Shown here in pieces: positions 13,301 to 26,665 of a stretch of DNA of 64,000 nt. Source of the DNA: Macrostomum lignano (taxonomy: Eukaryota); contig NIVC01000129.1 of NCBI GenBank assembly GCA_002269645.1, positions 604,755-668,754 on the forward strand, given 5' to 3'. The translations under genes and the position numbers were made by a program. Below the pieces are notes generated by a model that saw nothing but the letters and a program-made list of their open reading frames with translations, was not told the origin of the DNA and searched no databases. Numbering within the stretch: the first letter of the stretch is position 1; each line of letters starts with the position of its first letter.

Positions 13301-14409
13301 CCCAGCGGTCTCCCAGCCTGCAGAAGATGCTCAACCGCCGGTTCTGCGTCGTCCGAACGAAGCCGGGCCGGCACTCGTAGCTGAGGCTGTCGTCGACCTG
13401 CACTCCGGAAGCCGGCAGACCCGTCTGCAGCTCCTGCTCGAGGTTCAGCGAGCTGTACAGGCTGGAGTTTCCCAGTCCCGGCGGCAGACTCGAGCAGGCG
13501 GTCGGTCGGCAGTTCAGGTGGGTGAACGAGGTCCAGCTGCTGTTGATGCAGCTGATGACGAAGCTGACAGATCCGTTGGGCAGGCCGCCGACGCTGTAGT
13601 TTGTGTTGCAGGTGAAGGCGAGGCTGGCGCCCTCCCAGGAGGTGTTTCCGAGGGTGGCGTTGGCCTGCGAGTTGGCCACGGTCGGAGGGACGGAGACTCC
13701 GCCGCAGTATCCGGGGCTGCAGTCCATGGTGACGGGGCTCCAGCTGCCGCCAGGCATGCAGGAGGCGGTCTGGCTGGAGCCTGTGAGACCGGATTCACAG
13801 GAGATGTGGATTTCGTCCCCGGGTCGGAATGTTCCGTTCGACAAGAGGTGCGTCAGCAGCTGGCTATCAGTGCTGTTGTAGGTGACGCCCTTTGTGGTGA
13901 AGCTGGTGATAGTTGCGGTGTCATTCGGGTAGACGGGCATCTGGGTGCACGGCAGCGAGACGCAGGTCGGGATTTCGCTGTCCCAAACGGCATCCTGTTG
14001 AATCACAGGCAACAAAATTAGCTCAGTCTAATGCTTGGTATAATAATGGAAACTCATTTGACTATGCACAAGTTTTGATCTTTTTCCACTTTTCTCCCAT
14101 TAAGTTTATCCTACGAGATATAGCGCTTGTGTACAGTATTGGCGCGTGAAATACTTATGTAGCATGTTACCTGAATGTAGTAAACGTCATTCAGCTGTTT
14201 TACCTGAGTGCATCGCCTCACAATGCTGTTATTTTGCTCGGCACCGACGAACACAAAGTTGGGAGCGCAAGTGTATTCAATGTGGTGAAACGGCAGCTTC
14301 TTCAGCTGCAGCTCCGCAGCGGAGAGCGAGCTGTTCCAGGAGGCGCTGACGAGATGCCTCTCCGTCAGCTGGTCGTCAGAGTGCGGACTTGGGCAGGTCA
14401 TGGCTGAAG
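7756..14409. repeat. Large inverted duplication: arms about 7756-9735 and 12433-14409 around a diverged centre
   Basis: Mirror coordinates sum to 22165 (8150+14015, 9151+13014); ORFs in all frames are identical in the two arms. Confidence 0.97.
11114..11193. repeat. Adjacent (ACTG)n and (TGAGG)n microsatellites
   Basis: Visible at 11114-11153 and 11164-11193. Confidence 0.95.
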
Positions 14410-17400
14410 TGAATTGGAAATTATGGCTTAAGATAACTGTTGTTTGGATTATGCTTTGAATTGGCGTTACAAACTCTGTTGTTTACTAATCATGAGAGAC
14501 TTGAATTTTACGAGTACGAAATTAATGATTTTTAACGTTTGCATGTAGCATGGGTAACTTCCCAAAATCTCAATATCGGAAAAGGCCTATTGCACTTTTT
14601 TTATAGAAATGTAGTCGTTAAGCTTTATTTGCTGTCACGCAAGAAAATAGTGTAATGTAGAACAGATGAAAATATTATACTAGATAAACTAGATAAATAA
14701 GAGCCAGAATAGTGGTTCCGACCTGTACATAGGACAGCCACCTCTTCATCAAAGTCCTCCTCCTTGACTTCTTTCGGAGCACCATCGTCCCATTTGGAAA
14801 CCACTATCAGTCCTTTCGTCTTATCGTGATCAAGGATGTCTTTGTTGAGACTGGACCGGCAGTGAATTCTCGGCAAGCAGAAGGACTGATGCCTCCAGTT
14901 GGTCATGCCAGTGTCGAACATGAGCGCCAACATCAGGTGGTCTCCTTCGTTCACAGATTGGCTATGCAGGATAGACTTGTTCAGGAATTCCCTAAATGAA
15001 ATAAAATCGATTTGCACAGTGTCACTCCGATGCCTGCGATTTGAATGTTTGATCAGAATGAACATACAAAGCATTGGCATTTACATCACCTGTGTGGAAT
15101 GCTTTGAATCGATTTGTTGGCGAGACGTCTGCCAAAACTTGATAAAAATATAAAAGACAGAAATGTGACTTTGAGCAACAGAACGAGCTGTCGTTTGGCG
15201 TGAGGTTTTTGTGATAAAAATGATGAGGTAAAATACGAGGGTAAGATAAAAAGTACACTAAGAATCCAAAGGTAGAAACGCACCACATCTTTTGTCGCTT
15301 CTCTGCACTCTCAGCTTGAGCAGGCCGACCGGTCCGACTCTCGCAAAACAAGTTATATTTGTCTTTTTCGTACTCGTCCTCCAGTTTCAGTTTTTGAAAA
15401 TGAACGCAATAGCTTTGATTCACTAGCGGCCCTTCGTCAATGCTGGCAACCAATGTGACAGGGCTGCAGGTGCGGCTTCCAGTTGAGCCGTTGGCTGCAA
15501 ATTTTTCGAATAATCAGATTTTAACTCTTGTGTAGCTAAACAGAACAGTGTGGCAGAAATAGGAAACTGACTTCAGGTAAAAGTATCAGCCGCCTACATT
15601 AAATGAGATTGGTCTGTTAATATCATTCTCTATCCTCCATCCCTATCACCATATTCGATCATTTGCAGTAGTTCTGTCACCCTCACTACGATAGCTTTGT
15701 CACCCTCACTGGGGTAGCTTTGTCACCCCCACTGCGGTAGCTTTGTCACCCTCATTGCAGTAGCTTTGTCACCCCCACTGCGGTAGCTTTGTCACCCTCA
15801 TTGCAGTAGCTTTGTCACCCCCACTGCGGTAGCTTTGTCACCCCCACTGCGGTAGCTTTGTCACCCTCATTGCAGTAGCTTTGTCACCCCCACTGCGGTA
15901 GCTTTGTCACCCTCATTGCAGTAGCTTTGTCACCCCCACTGCGGTAGCTTTGTCACCCCCACTGCGGTAGCTTTGTCACCCTCATTGCGGTAGCTTTGTC
16001 ACCCCCACTGCGGTAGCTTTGTCACCCTCATTGCAGTAGCTTTGTCACCCCCACTGCGGTAGCTTTGTCACCCCCACTGCGGTAGCTTTGTCACCCTCAT
16101 TGCGGTAGCTTTGTCACCCCCACTGCGGTAGCTTTGTCACCCTCATTGCAGTAGCTTTGTCACCCCCACTGCGGTAGCTTTGTCACCCCCACTGCGGTAG
16201 CTTTGTCACCCTCATTGCGGTAGCTTTGTCACCCCCACTGCGGTAGCTTTGTCACCCCATTGCAGTAGCTTTGTCACCCCCACTGCAGTAGCTTTATCAA
16301 CCTCATTGCAGTAGCTTTGTCACCCCCATTGCAGTAGCTTTGTCAACCTCATTGCAGTAGCTCTGTCATCCCCATTGCAGTAGCTCTGTCACCCCCATTG
16401 CAGTAGCTCTGTCATCCCCATTGCAGTAGCTTTGTCACCCCCATTGCAGTAGCTCTGTCAACACCATTTCAGTAGCTCTGTCATCCCCATTGCAGTAGCT
16501 TTGTCAACACCATTTCAGTAGCTTTCGCGCTCTAGGAATTATTTTCTACTCATTGAATAATTAAGCAACTTGAGAATAAGCGGCTACTCACGCAGTGGAA
16601 AGTACTCGCACATCGGGTACATGTGCACATCGGTAGACACGGCCGTGTACATAAACGAATTCTGAGTTTGCTTCAATGCGATCAGATTGATTTTTTTAGT
16701 AACGGATTTTTTATCCCACTGCCAAGCTGGCGGGGTGAAAGTCGGTCCGAACATGTTCCAGGCCAGGGGCACCGGGTCTCCTCCATAATAGTAATAGGGC
16801 TTGTAGGTCCAGTTGGTTGCCAGCTCTTCGTCGTCCACAATTATTCTGACTGTGGCGCTGTTGCAGTTTCGTATGAATTAAAAGTATATAAAGATATTGA
16901 TTTGGTGTAATAATTGAAAAAAAATCTTCTAAATAAGTCTTCTAAAAAATCCAAACTAACAGGGATTGATCGGTCGGTTTCGTTCAGGAATACGACGGGG
17001 ACTTCTACTGTCAGCATTTAAAAACGACCACTTTTGCTAAGCTTTCCCGAGGCAACTAATATTTTTTGTGAGAAGTAGCTTGACTGAAGTTTTTGATAGT
17101 TATATATTGTAGCTCGTAGTACTATTGTGTTGGTTGTTGGTCTTTGTCGTCCATTTTTGGCTCTCCGGTCAGACCCCAATAGACGCAAATTGAAGTAACA
17201 CCATTTGGTGCGTTTTAACGACTTTTTAATCACTCAGGAGGGGAAGCTCGCAAAATCTTGGTGAAAAAAGTATGAGGCTCGTTCAAAAGCACTGTCTGTG
17301 GCCAAGCCTTTATACAAATAATTAAGAACTGAATTAGTTAACCATTTTTCCGACCATCAAACGCAAGTGTGAATTGACCAAGGACCACTAGAAGTCAATA

Positions 17401-18060
17401 CAGTAACAGGAGATTAAATAATATTTTAGAAATCAAGACATCAGAGAATATCCAGAGAATATCTATGGATGCTTCATCAAAGGGCTTTCAACACTGCAAG
17501 CATCTTTCAGTGAGGAAAACTCACTGATAATAGGAAGATAGATTATGGATATTATTATAGATTTATCTAGATATTCTCTGGGCGACACGTAATGCAAGTT
17601 TTAGTACGAGCTTATATGGAGTTTGTACGAAGTATAAGGCTTGGCCATAGACGATGAGTTAAAACGAGCATCGTTACTTTTTTCACCATTATTTGCGTGT
17701 TTCCCATCGACCTGAGTGGTCTAGTCTGGACTTAGTCTATGGTAAAAAGCTGTGGCTTACAACTCTCACTTACTTCTCAGCCAATAGTTTGGTGAACGCG
17801 TCAAGCGCTCTGGTGTCGTTGAGCGGTGCGTAGATCTTGTGACCTTCCTCCGTCAAGTTAAAACAGTCAGAGGCAAAAGTCGTATATCGCAGGTCGGTGT
17901 ACAAGCTGGAGCCGTCGATCGGGTAGCGGAAGATGTACTCAGTGCCCCTGAAGTTCGGCATCTTGACGTAATCCCACCGGTAGCCAAGGTAGACCGGACC
18001 GTGGCAGCAGCAGCACACGAGCCACCAAAGCAGGAATCGAGCAGAAATCTTAGAAGTCAT
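11869..18060 (-). CDS. Lectin-like/CCP paralogue (copy B), same 8-exon structure, with a 2-nt deletion in exon 7 (possible truncation, pseudogene or assembly error)
   Basis: Exons 18060-17774, 16857-16592, 15494-15284, 14991-14723, 14403-14204, 13994-13022, 12862-12430, 12144-11869. Lengths match copy A (287, 266, 211 vs 214, 269, 200, 973, 433 vs 435, 276). Confidence 0.85.
15663..16525. repeat. 23-bp minisatellite (GTAGCTTTGTCACCCCCACTGCG / GTAGCTTTGTCACCCTCATTGCA) in intron 2 of copy B
   Basis: About 37 visible units in two alternating variants. Confidence 0.97.
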
Positions 18061-21000
18061 GTGTCTATTTCTCCACTTAGAACCCGTTAATTTTCTCAAC
18101 TCCCGCTCCCTTGCTTGGATACTTGTGCCCAGCTATAAATCAAGCTGTAAAGTCTTCCCCCTTCTCTTTTCGACTGTTTTTCTGTTATTGCCCCTAGCAA
18201 CGGGGAAGAAGACTATCGCTGACAAGTGAGCCCTGAGACTTATCAAGAGCCTGCTGCTATTGTTTTCTTCTTCTGTTGTAGCGCAAGAGTTTCCTTGCCA
18301 AGTGTGCTCAGGTCTGAGGTAGGAAAAGGATATAGTCAAGGACGATAATTGACAGGGAAATCATAACTTGCTGACTGATTTGCTTGCTGGCTAACGCCCG
18401 TTATACCTCATTGTTGTTAAGAGTCTGAATTTCGGTGTGATTTTTTCCTCATTATTAGTTTTAATTTTTAGTATATGGATGCATCTTTTGCACCACCAGG
18501 AATGAATGAAGAATTACAACATTTCTTATCTGGATACATAACTCCGATCTTACATAAAACGTCAAAAGAAGGTAAAGAGCTGCCACTGTTCTCAAACTAG
18601 AATTCGACAAGGAATTTATAACAATTATAACATTTCTAATGTAAAATTAAAAAAATTAAAATATCAAACTACTTTTGACTACTAAAAGTAGTTTTCCTCG
18701 CACTTTGACAATGGTAGCAAGATTTCTGTGTGTTCTGAAAATTGATTTCAGATAAAATGAGTTGTCTGCTTAGATAGATCGAAAAACAGAAATAACAGGA
18801 ACGCTTGCGTTTTTATAAAATCTAACGGATCTCCATTGACCAACTGTTGCAATATCAGCTAGGGTTGCTTCTAACCCGTGCGACCAGGACTTGCTCCATA
18901 GAGTAGCTTGTATTTATAATTTCACGTCATTGCCTTTGATATCGAAACGCAACGACAGTGCGACCGTACCGATCCTGGCTTTCCGTTCTGGTGCTGAAAG
19001 TACAACCATCGTGCTTAGTTTCCTAGACATATTCACCTAGCCCCATGCTGCTACCTGGTTCGGATGCACCGGAGTGGCCAAGGTCCCAATATGCTAAACT
19101 AGTGGCACTTGGGGACCAGAGGCATGACCACAGGTCACCGGTCACATGCACACCCAAATAAACTCCTGCTAATGAGAAAGGACTCCAAGCCAGCCTTGAG
19201 GACCCCGGATAGTCAGTCTAGCCAAGGCACTTCGGCTGATTGCGAGGTCGCGGTGGATGATTTAGGAATTGCTCTCAGATCAGATTGGGATTAGAGATGG
19301 ATTACTAAGCAAAGCAGGTGGGTGTGAGTTCAAGTTTATACAAGGGGATCAAATTGATCCGATAGGCAAGAAGTAGATTAAGGGACAGTAGCGGGTACAA
19401 AGAGGGAGGATGACGGTCCTTCAGCTATTCGAAAGTCGATATCGAAGTGAGGGGAGACCAGACACCTGTTCACGAAAGCATGGAAAAGTTTCTGATTAAA
19501 TAGAGAAAGGTCATATCACGAGTCATGCGCGTGATGCGTGAAAAGAAAGTCCTTGACTGAGCGTCCCTTTTCTTGGGGTCGCGGCAAAGGGGTTGTAATT
19601 GTCATGATGATTTCAAAAAACGTTGGATGGAAGTAAAGTTGAGTTGAGCGTAAGGTGTGTCATATTATATTATGACCCATCTTTTAAACGATGATTTATC
19701 TGAATCGTAACCATATACGAAAGACATTGAATTACGTGAAACAAAAAAATTGGGGACACGCGAATCTCCGTTGCGAAACTCGCAAATTGGATCAAATAAT
19801 AGTATAGCTTAGATAAACTACTCTCAGTGTTTGAGGACCACTTGCAGTTGAACTTAAAAACAAGGGTGCGCATAATAAGAGGGTCAAACTGCCTGCAATC
19901 TGGACTGCCGATATTTAGCTAAATGAGAGATTAATGTGATAATAGCACACCTTGCTTTGCCTGTTGGGTAGTGCCTTTTTTCGGCCTCCAAGTCGCATCA
20001 TTTCTTTATACCAGAGTTTCTGGAAAGTTCTGGTCATTTAAGAGTGGCACACTTCTTCTTTCTAATAAATTAAATCTTGCTCAGTGTGGTAATTTCATTC
20101 AAAAGTCAGTCTTTTCAAGACAGGCTTCACATGTAGCAACGCACATCTCCGATCGCTTGAGCATCCCGTCAGTCGTATCAGAGCAGCGTTGTCTTGGAAG
20201 ACCACGGGAGGCCAAGGACTGCTTAAGTACTAGGACGGGAAACTGTATGTTTCTCGGAAAAAAATTAGGTTTTACCGAAAATGAAAAACATAACGCAGAT
20301 GTGCTTTCATTTATTCAGCACAAAATTTGTTATTGTTTTTGATAAAATGGAGACCCGATATTCATCATTTGATAGCCTTGCCTTGCTTATAGCTCTATAC
20401 TGATATCATAAAGGTTTTTAATTAGAAGATTATCATTCTAATTGATAAGATTCTAAAGAATGATAAAAATGAGATCATACGAGATAAATATCAATTCAAG
20501 ATTATAGTATATTTTTCGTAGTAGATTATAGTAGATTATAGTATATCGTATATTTTTCGTACGATGGCTGGAACCGTCCTAAACATTATAATACGGAGCT
20601 GATGTTCTTCCATTCGTAAATGTCGCTGTTGTTTTCTAGCCCAGCAGCTTGGCAAAAGTTCAAAAAATATTTTCGATTTGAGCTTATCATTTAATCTATG
20701 CTATAGCCTTGAGATTTGGGGATTTTTAATTTATCATAACTCGCTGAGCCTGATTTCTCACTGATTAAAACCGATTTGACGCAGTTAGTGCTGTCTGTTC
20801 CTACGAGCGTACGAGCTAATAAATTGGCACCCAGAACCAGATAACTGCTATTGAAAATATTTTTTAATAAACACTAAATGAGCGGTACCTTCAGTAAAAG
20901 ACAAACGACCATCTATATTTGTGCCTGGAGAATCGAAAGGAAGACTTGAGGGTGCTTTCTCTCGTGTCGAACATGCTGTAGGCCTGACAGTGTAGTTCGG

Positions 21001-22779
21001 GTAACTGAGTACATTGTGCCCGCTCAATTCTTTTTACTCCTTGCGACGTCCACCAAACATGCAATGGTGAGCTCGGCATGCCTTTGAATTATGAGACAGA
21101 CCAGTCTTAAGAGCTAAGGTCTGCGATCCTACACACCTGCACCCCCTCTAATCTGGTGCACGAATGGCTGGAGAACTCTCTCCAAGCTGACTCACAAGCC
21201 GACACAGGGGTTTACGCCCCGAATGTGCTCAAGGCAGCCCATCCGTGGCCTTGGCTTCTGTCTCGGCCGTATTGGGTACGGGCTCTGCCCAGAAGTGAAC
21301 CTGTGCGCATCAGGTATCTCTGGCCGCGGCTCTGAGGAACAGGTACCACCCTCTGGCTTTAACAGGGCCTGCAGCCAGTCCGCAGGCTCCGGAGACAGTT
21401 TTCCTGTCTCCCTCAAGGATCATCAACTTCTTACGGGTGGAGACCATACCAAAATATATGAGTATTGGATTTATACTGTCTCCATCACTAAAGGACTACA
21501 ACGTCTGATCAGTAGTAAACCAGCGGCTGCACAATTTCTATGCCAATCAGTCTAGAGAATTAAATTTCATAAAATTTAGTTGACGGGAGTAACATCGAGA
21601 ACTGTGCATCCCAAGTGCAGCATAAATGCAGTTTCTAAATGAAAAAGTACGAATTGTTGGATGGACCTAATAGTGAGGTTTTTATACGCCTGTACGCTCC
21701 CATCTTGGGGTACGGGTAGATAATTCAGAAAAACGTGACCACAGTTGCATTATAACAATAACTTTTGTTGCTTCATAAAAACTGGAGAACTGGAGAACGG
21801 GAAAATTCGGAAAAGTTATACGAGTCCGTCTGAGAAGATTTTTTAATTCACAATTTTTGCGCTGCTACACGGGTTACATTTTCAGGGATCTGCTGAACAT
21901 TCTGGTCATATGGTCGATTGTTTGCCCTCAGTCGCTTATATAGCTTATACTCGCATTACTTCATAATGCACTAGAAGTACTCAATTCACAATTGCAATCA
22001 AATACGTATCAAGTCTCAAATCGGTGTGCAAACTGTTTTTAAAGTAATTTGAGAAATGACTGACGGAATTCGAGTTCTCCGCCTCGCGTCATTGTAGCTA
22101 CTTGAAATTCGTCAGCTACAAATAGCCGAAAGAAAAGAGGAATGCAATCATTTTAGTTCGTGATGACGTGATGGGTGAATTTGAGCACCCAGAAGCAATA
22201 GCGTAAAAAGTACCCGCATTTTGCAACGCTTCATTCTCAATAGCCGTGCAACTCACTCAATACGTCACTCAATTCATAGCACCTGGATTAAACTGAAGTT
22301 TTTGAAGACGGTAAAACAAAAGCCCAATGTACAATTCAATGGATGCATTGTATCTTTAGTGCAGAAAAATTAATAAAATAATAATCAGCGACCTTTATCA
22401 GCCCCTAACTCACGCTGCCCAAAAGTTTGCATTCTCGTGCTTTCTACCCACGATACTGAAAATGTCAATTGCATTAAAGACTGCTTACTATATTTATCAG
22501 TTGAAATTTATTTACCCTTCTGATATTTCGATGTTATTCGCCGGTTGATCTATTTGATGTTTGAAAAAATTATCAAAACCCGAAGATGTAAAATAATGTA
22601 AAATTAAAATTAAAATTATGCTCATGGGGGAATATTGCTGAGATGCCAAGGTTGATGGGGGAATCACTGAAACGGAGTGGCTCATTGGTAGTTGCTGAGA
22701 TACCAAGGGGTCAATTGTGAGTTGTTGGTAGGCCCTGCATCCAAGGGACAGTTAGGGTAATGCAATTTATGGTATTTCG

Positions 22780-23110
22780 GATGCGTCCCTCTTTTCTTGC
22801 TGACTGTCGCTCATTCCTCCTCCATCAGAAAACGTCACCAGAGCCTCGTCAGATTCTGCGTCTGGAATTATCTTTCTGGCATTGTTAACGTGGCTTCTTG
22901 ATTGTGCCACTTTTGTTCTCCACGATCAGCAGTCCTCCGACTCGCTTCCTTACATAGTATGTATTGCTCTGTACCAAAAAGCTATCGTACTTTTTCCTTG
23001 CCTCCGTTTCAATCACTACTGTTTTGTCACCTGTTTTGATGTCGCACTCCCGAGCGTTCCGACTAGCATAGTTGGACATTTTTCTTTTGTAGTCGTAAGA
23101 CAAGAGCTAA
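22780..23110 (-). mobile_element. Probable Gypsy-type LTR retrotransposon integrase C-terminal remnant
   Basis: ORF 22885-23103 (KRKMSNYASRNARECDIKTGDKTVV...YYVRKRVG) resembles the K.KMK.YAD.R...L..GD.VLV...Y.V...G pattern downstream of Gypsy integrases. Recognised by eye only. Confidence 0.45.
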
Positions 23111-23241
23111 GAGCGTAAGACAGGTCACATGTGTGATCGAACAAGGAGTTGTACTCATTGTACTCAGATGCATCGAGCACTGCAGCCGGTCAGGCGATTT
23201 TAAATCAGCATAATTTACCGTGATTGTATTGATAAGCTAAT

Positions 23242-24833
23242 AATATAGCTTTTTGCAAGCCATTTGATACTACGAGCAAGCAATTAATTATTCAGTGGGG
23301 AAAGCCAGTGTTAAAATATAGATTTCTCAGTACTCTATAGCTCAAACCATGGGCTTTGGAGCAACCAATTTAATAACCCGAGCACCATTTAGTCATTTCC
23401 AGTGTTACTTGTGTCGCATTGGCTGCAAATAGACGCACACATTCAACATGGTAGAAAACGAGGAATCCAGCGAGCTTTTGGAAGAAGTCGGAGGAAGCTT
23501 TGTCACTGCTGATGAAGCGCTAGAAGAGCAAGATCATGCAGCACCGTGGCTCCACTGTTGACGCTAAAAAGTTTGCGAAACACTGGTCTTGAGTGGTCTT
23601 GAGTGAAGCCACAATAAGCAAAAGCCTAGACTAGCATGGTTGATCACTTTGAAGTACCTGGGAAGAGATGCGGACATGCCGGCGGTTCGGAACTCGCCAG
23701 AAAACATAGCATGGAGGCAGGAATTCGGGCTTCTTAAACTTTAGGTTAGATAAAATAGTTACAGTTTTGTTAGTCTTAATTTTGTCTCATAGGGATTTTT
23801 GATGGTGCTGATTTCAAATTTGAGCTTCATTTTTTCGTAGCTTAAAGCCAACCACTGGGGCATGGGGAATGGGGGGTTTATGGTGGGGAGAATCTTCATG
23901 GGAATTGATTTTTTGTACCTAAACTTCAATAGAGGAACGGGGGTCTATTGAAGATTAGGTTAAAAATTCAGCAAGTTATCAAACACCTCCATGGAGAAAA
24001 AATAGAATCCTATCAAAACTAATTGATATCAGCAGCTGTAGTTACCTTCAGAATGGAAGACAACGCAGATTAGTATAAATTACAGCTTAGTATAGGTAAA
24101 CAAATAATGAATGTACGGTTAGTAGTCACAACGATGAGAGAACGACAGCGAATCAAAAAGCGGGAGTGATGGGGGCGGGTGGCGAACAAACAAATTGAGC
24201 TTGCGTTACCTCTGAAAGTACTCGTATTTTTTGCATTTTTTTGCTTTATTATCACTTGGACACTTTTTAAGACTGGCGAAAGTTTCAGAAATATCGGAAA
24301 ATCGGAAGTATTTTACGTACCTAAAGTTCAAGAGTCCGGAAGTCGCCCATTGGCTGACTGATTTGACCCCAGAATGTCATCTGATCTGTGTTGATGAAAA
24401 CCATCCAGGAAGTTTCACCGGATCTTGGCCTGGTTCTCCATAAGATCGTGAGCCAGATACGTACTGATGCGCGAGATCGTACTGACTGCCGACCTATTCC
24501 AGGTGTTTATCGAGGAGTTGCTCAACTCGGTCAATAATCCAAAGGCGTCGGCAAGGCGCTTCATTTCACTGATCCGCTTTGTTAATTTTCTGCCCTATCA
24601 GTTGTCGGTTCAGTTGTTGTATTCTGTTTTGTTTCTCAAGCTGCTTGAGCGTTGTCTCCCCAAATGCAGTGTTTATATTGACTATTAGGGTGCTCAGATT
24701 ATTAAATTGGTTGCTCCAAAGCCCATGCTTTGGACCATAGAGTACTGAGAAACCTCTCTTTTAGCACTGGGTTTCCCCACTGATTATTAAATTGCTTGCT
24801 CATAATATCAAATGGCTTGCAAGAAGCTATATT
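23242..24833. repeat. Two inverted 145-bp copies of a dispersed-repeat end (23242-23386 and 24689-24833)
   Basis: About 85% identical by eye; similarity ends sharply at GAGCACC / GGTGCTC on the inner sides. Confidence 0.8.
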
Positions 24834-26665
24834 TCATGATTAATCAAATTAATTTGGGATCAATTACTCGAATTCAGACCCTGGAGGAAAAAAGAAAATT
24901 TGTAGTATTACTTCGTCGAAACTCTGCCCTTAGGACACGGAAGTCGCCTCATAAATTAATAGCCTAGGGAATTTATCTGATTTATCTAAAAAGCACAGTT
25001 TGGAAAACCGAGAACGCTTTTTACGTTCGCAAGTAATTAGTTCAGTCCCTGCTGCCACAGCGGCATAGTTTTAACTGTCTCCACTTTTTCCCAGCAATAA
25101 TATGCACCTATGGAGTTGTTGTATTCTGGGGCGTGGCCAAGCAATCGTAATGATTCTTTTGGCGAATGTGTATTTCTATACATAATATAGATATTACCAC
25201 TGCGTATTAAATGGTTATCTAATTGATTCATTCTGAGCCTGAAATCCGTAGTTTATGGAAAAAGTCGCCACTTTTAAGCAGAATTAAATCAGTTAACCAT
25301 ATCAGGAGCAAAACTGAAATACTTTCTACCATAGTCTTAATATGTAGTCTATGGTCTATAGACTATTCATCATAGTCTATGGTTAAGCTCTGACTCTTCA
25401 AATATAGAAGGTGTATCAAATAGTGTATACAGAATAGCCAATAGTCTATGGTAAAGATCCAAATGAACTGAAGCAGTCAGTGTGGAAATACCACAGGAGT
25501 TAGCGATCGTGGGCGAGAATAGCACAAAAAGACCCGGGCAAACTCAGTGGTCAGGATTATAGTGACAGGTACTAAGGGCTTGCACCCAGGTACTTAAAAT
25601 GCGAGTCCTTCAAGTATTACCACTAAGCAATTTTTTCCAATTTCCCAGCTTATAAACTCCTTTGTACACGTACTGTACGAGCTACTAGCTGATGCGCACG
25701 TGTCCATCAAACGATTTAATCAGTTTCTTAGCCGTATCATTCGCACGGCAGAAGTTTTTGCTTCTAGAATTTTTTAGACTTCCCAGCAGAAGCCATCGGC
25801 GGGAAGGGAGGCTACAGAAAACAGAGGATGCTATCACGGATCTGCGGATTTCCCTAAAAGCGTGTGGTCAGGTTCTCAAGCACTTTCATCTTCTAACTCA
25901 AAGAGGGTTACAGTAGGAAAAGAAGATTAAGTTCCGCTACGGTAATGAGCACAGAGGTAGAGATGCCAGGAAGTAGATTCTGCTGGAGCTAATTTGTCAG
26001 CTAAGTGATAACGAATCCTATTTAAAAGTATTGAAGACGCAGTTTGGCCTAAGGCCTATATACTGCCTACGTTTTGGTCAGTGCGCTCAATCCCACACAG
26101 CGTGGCATTGTAAAATTTGAATGTCTTATTTAGCACGCCATCTTGAGCTCACGCTTTGGACAAGACATGATTGCAGTGGAGTGCTCAGTAATTATGCGGA
26201 CCTGCCATCTCGAGTTGCTAGGTAGAGTAGTTCAGGCTCTAGAGACCGTCTTGGTAAGTGTTGAGCATGAAAGCTTCGCCAAAATTTCCGACATCCTTGA
26301 TGTAGAATTTTTTCCTTTGTAAATGTAGGCTGCGACAATACTTAACGAACAAGAATAATTCCGTGACTTACAAAATTAAAGCATAAAGAGACCGAGAAAG
26401 GAACTCGTTATTTTTTCATTTGTTAAGCTTAGATATAGATATTTTTATAATTCACATTTGAAAAAAAACTTACACTGCTTTGCTTCCAAAACGCAGACAA
26501 TTTTTAGAGAAAAAAATAGCGATGAAAATAATATCGAAAATAATATATTATTAAAATAATATGACAATAATATCATACCTAATCGTCATTCTGGAAAATA
26601 GCTTTTGATTGATCTTTTTTATAGAGAATTCTTAGAGCGCCGTGACGTTGTTCAGCAACATCAGC

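Noticed and set aside
8016-14149. Many overlapping or antisense ORFs (8144-8647, 8367-8651, 13518-14021 etc.)
   Set aside because: Shadow frames of GC-rich CCP exons; their duplication only reflects the inverted repeat.
15663-16525. CRISPR-like appearance of regularly spaced repeats (here and at 6733, 51470, 62705)
   Set aside because: No unique spacers, no cas genes, eukaryotic intronic context.
17294-17652. Inverted GTCT(A/G)TGGCCAAGCCTT motifs, also seen near 42157, 44170 and 62213
   Set aside because: Probably the terminus of a dispersed element, but no TSD or internal consensus could be defined.
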